37,277 bases of DNA from Octopus bimaculoides (lineage: Eukaryota): NCBI RefSeq assembly GCF_001194135.2, contig NC_068999.1, forward strand, positions 6,621,171 through 6,658,447. The letters are read 5' to 3'. How positions within the stretch are numbered: position 1 is the first letter of the stretch; each line of letters opens with the position of its first letter. The notes beneath the pieces were generated by a model. The model made no database searches. It was not told the origin of the DNA and saw only the letters and a program-made list of their open reading frames with translations. The position numbers were made by a program, and so were the translations under genes. Below, in pieces: positions 34,104 to 37,277 of this stretch.

Positions 34104-35481
34104 CGAACAAACGAAGTGGTCATCGTTAAATCAGACAGAAGATCTATCATCACTAATGATCTAACTGACCACAACGCTTACCTCTGTTCAATTAACCATG
34201 AAGCCTACCCCGATCTATCAATGTCCGTTACCCCCTCCACCACCATCATCATCACCATCACCATCACCATCACCATTATCTATCTATTAACTAGTTTCTA
34301 ATAAGCGGAATGCTTCGTAAGCTTTCCAACATCGCCCACCATAACCACCACCACCACCACCACCACCACCACCAGCGCCATCTCCTCTGTCTCAACGGAA
34401 ATCAACCAACCAATAGAAAAGTTCTTCTCTATTTTTGTATACCTCTCGCTTCTCTACTCACATTTTGGCTCCTTTCCCGTTTTAACGGCCTCGTCCTTCC
34501 ACTTTTCTTCTCTGAACCACAGTCTCTCTCNNNNNNNNNNNNNNNNNNNNNNNNNNNNNNNNNNNNNNNNNNNNNNNNNNNNNNNNNNNNNNNNNNNNNN
34601 NNNNNNNNNNNNNNNNNNNNNNNNNNNNNNNNNNNNNNNNNNNNNNNNNNNNNNNNNNNNNNNNNNNNNNNNNNNNNNNNNNNNNNNNNNNNNNNNNNNN
34701 NNNNNNNNNNNNNNNNNNNNNNNNNNNNNNNNNNNNNNNNNNNNNNNNNNNNNNNNNNNNNNNNNNNNNNNNNNNNNNNNNNNNNNNNNNNNNNNNNNNN
34801 NNNNNNNNNNNNNNNNNNNNNNNNNNNNNNNNNNNNNNNNNNNNNNNNNNNNNNNNNNNNNNNNNNNNNNNNNNNNNNNNNNNNNNNNNNNNNNNNNNNN
34901 NNNNNNNNNNNNNNNNNNNNNNNNNNNNNNNNNNNNNNNNNNNNNNNNNNNNNNNNNNNNNNNNNNNNNNNNNNNNNNNNNNNNNNNNNNNNNNNNNNNN
35001 NNNNNNNNNNNNNNNNNNNNNNNNNNNNNNNNNNNNNNNNNNNNNNNNNNNNNNNNNNNNNNNNNNNNNNNNNNNNNNNNNNNNNNNNNNNNNNNNNNNN
35101 NNNNNNNNNNNNNNNNNNNNNNNNNNNNNNNNNNNNNNNNNNNNNNNNNNNNNNNNNNNNNNNNNNNNNNNNNNNNNNNNNNNNNNNNNNNNNNNNNNNN
35201 NNNNNNNNNNNNNNNNNNNNNNNNNNNNNNNNNNNNNNNNNNNNNNNNNNNNNNNNNNNNNNNNNNNNNNNNNNNNNNNNNNNNNNNNNNNNNNNNNNNN
35301 NNNNNNNNNNNNNNNNNNNNNNNNNNNNNNNNNNNNNNNNNNNNNNNNNNNTATATATATATATATATATGTATGTAAAGGTGTATGTATGTATGTATAT
35401 TATATATATATTATACATATATATATTCACTGCATCGGAAATTTGCAATAGCTCCATAAATAGCGTCTCCGTTATAACCTT

Positions 35482-35785
<304 letters not shown>

Positions 35786-36063
35786 ACTGCAATTCTTAGA
35801 GATCGTGTTTCCCGGTTGTTATTTCTTCTTCCTTTCTTTCTACTCTCCCATCGTTCTCCAATTACAACTTCCCTTTATATTCTGTCGCGAGTCCTTCTAT
35901 TTCTATTCTGTTTCTTATTTTTGTTTGTTTATTGTCCTATTTGCGTTTGTCATGTATTATTTTTTCTTTTTTTTTAAGTTTGAGTTCATCAGCGTGCACA
36001 GGTGTTCTTTATGAATCTTTGATTATGGTGTCTGGCAGGTATTTTCATTGATTTCTAGCGTTT

Positions 36064-36278
36064 AGGATGGCGTCGAGCTGGCAGAACACTTAGCAAGTTA
36101 GACAAAATACTGAGCGGTATCTCTTCCGGTTTTGCGTTGGGAGTTCAAATCCAGTCGAGGTTGACTTAACCTTTCGTCCTTTCGGGTTCAAGGAAATAAA
36201 TACCAGATGGACACTGGATCGAAAGATCGATGAGTCCCCTTCCCCCCAAATTGTTGTCATTATTGTGATTTTTTTGTA

Positions 36279-36335
<57 letters not shown>

Positions 36336-36409
36336 GGGGTCGATAAATTAACTACCAGTAAAACACTGGGGTTGTAATCGACTATCCCACTCCCCTAAAT
36401 TTCAGGGCT
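36064..36409 (+). mobile_element. SINE family B (36064-36252), (ATT)n, and a second 3'-half copy (36334-36409)
   Basis: GAGCTGGCAGAAC...GAGTTCAAATCCAGTCGAGG; second unit CGGGGTCGATAAATTAACTACCAG..ACTGGGG..ATCGACT..AATTTCAGG. Confidence 0.82.
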
Positions 36410-36473
36410 TATTATTATTATTATTATTGTTATTATTAAAAAAAAATATTATTATTATTATTATTATTATTAT

Positions 36474-37056
36474 AAAACATTGAACAGTGTTCACTAAAGA
36501 ACTTGTGTGTCTCATTCTTGTCATAGTTTCAAATCATCTATGAAGAGGAAGTGGTTGCTTGTTTAGGATTTTCCCTTTAGTTGGTAGCCCAGGTTCATTT
36601 TCATAAGTACCGCGGTCAGGCGTATCATGCAGAGAACAAAAAGTAACGGAGATAAACTATCACCCTGGAAAATCCCTCTTCTGATACCCAGGGGTGCCCA
36701 GGCTTTTTCCGTAAGATGTCAGTTCAGTTTTTCACCCCACCATACTTCTCTTCAGGAAATACCTTACATTCCTTGCAATTCCAAACAGATCTTAATCACT
36801 CCATGATCCACGAATGTGGAATCATTTCATAAGCTTTGCGACAGTCAATCCAGGCCATTCCCAAATGCGTTCTTCGTTTGGTACCTCTGCACCTTCTTCT
36901 ACAGCCTTTTTTGTTCAATCGGTTATATATCGTTCTCATCAAGAAATTTGCATAGTTCTTCTGCAATTCCTCCTGACAGTAACTTCCACATTTATGGGAG
37001 GCAAGAAATTTATCTGTAATTATCAGCAGCGTTTCCCTTTGATGTATCCTTCAGAT
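36474..37056 (-). pseudogene. Degenerate reverse-transcriptase fragment of an R4/Dong-clade non-LTR retrotransposon
   Basis: NYR*ISCLP*MWKLL...EQKGCRR...MAWIDCRKAYEMIPHSWI...IRRGIFQGDSLSPLLF...NHFLFIDDLKL...LVNTVQCF, with several stops and frameshifts. Confidence 0.9.
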
Positions 37057-37208
37057 AGGCGTAGGAGTGGCTGTGTGGTAAGTAGCTTGCTTACCAGCCA
37101 CATGGTTCCGGGTTCAGTCCCACTGGGCAAGTGTCTTCTACTATAGCCTCGGGCCGACCAAAGCCTTGTGAGTGGATTTGGTAGACGGAAACTGAAAGAA
37201 GACCGTCC
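37057..37208 (+). mobile_element. tRNA-derived SINE family A, well conserved, with short internal deletion
   Basis: GGCGTAGGAGTGGCTGTGTGGTAAGTAGCTTGC...GGGTTCAGTCCCACTG..GGCAAGTGTCTTCTACTATAGCC...GACGGAAACTGAAAGAAG, then (TA)n(TG)n. Confidence 0.93.
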
Positions 37209-37218
37209 TATATTTGTG

Positions 37219-37277
<59 letters not shown>

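Overview
AT-rich, microsatellite-saturated eukaryotic draft-assembly sequence with 15 N-gaps totalling roughly 5.9 kb. The tRNA-derived SINE families and repeat load suggest an octopus/cephalopod genome, but this is inference. No complete protein-coding gene is recognisable, and almost all long ORFs in the track are artefacts of simple repeats or N-runs. Supported content: many copies of about three tRNA-derived SINE families, two fragments of an R4/Dong-clade non-LTR retrotransposon (one a 3' end sitting in TAA repeats), an RTE-clade LINE fragment, a degenerate 5S rRNA copy, a minimal type I hammerhead-ribozyme-like motif, DNA-transposon relics and an unexplained ~246-bp repeat. The most interesting locus is 33.48-34.10 kb, where a 5S-derived segment, a tRNA-SINE head, the hammerhead motif, an RTE LINE segment and a (TATC)n tail lie contiguously on the minus strand, possibly a composite retroposon. 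A series of strong minus-strand splice signals (34182, 30026-29895, 24871-24828, 1716) suggests the window is mostly intronic/5'UTR sequence of an unidentified minus-strand gene.
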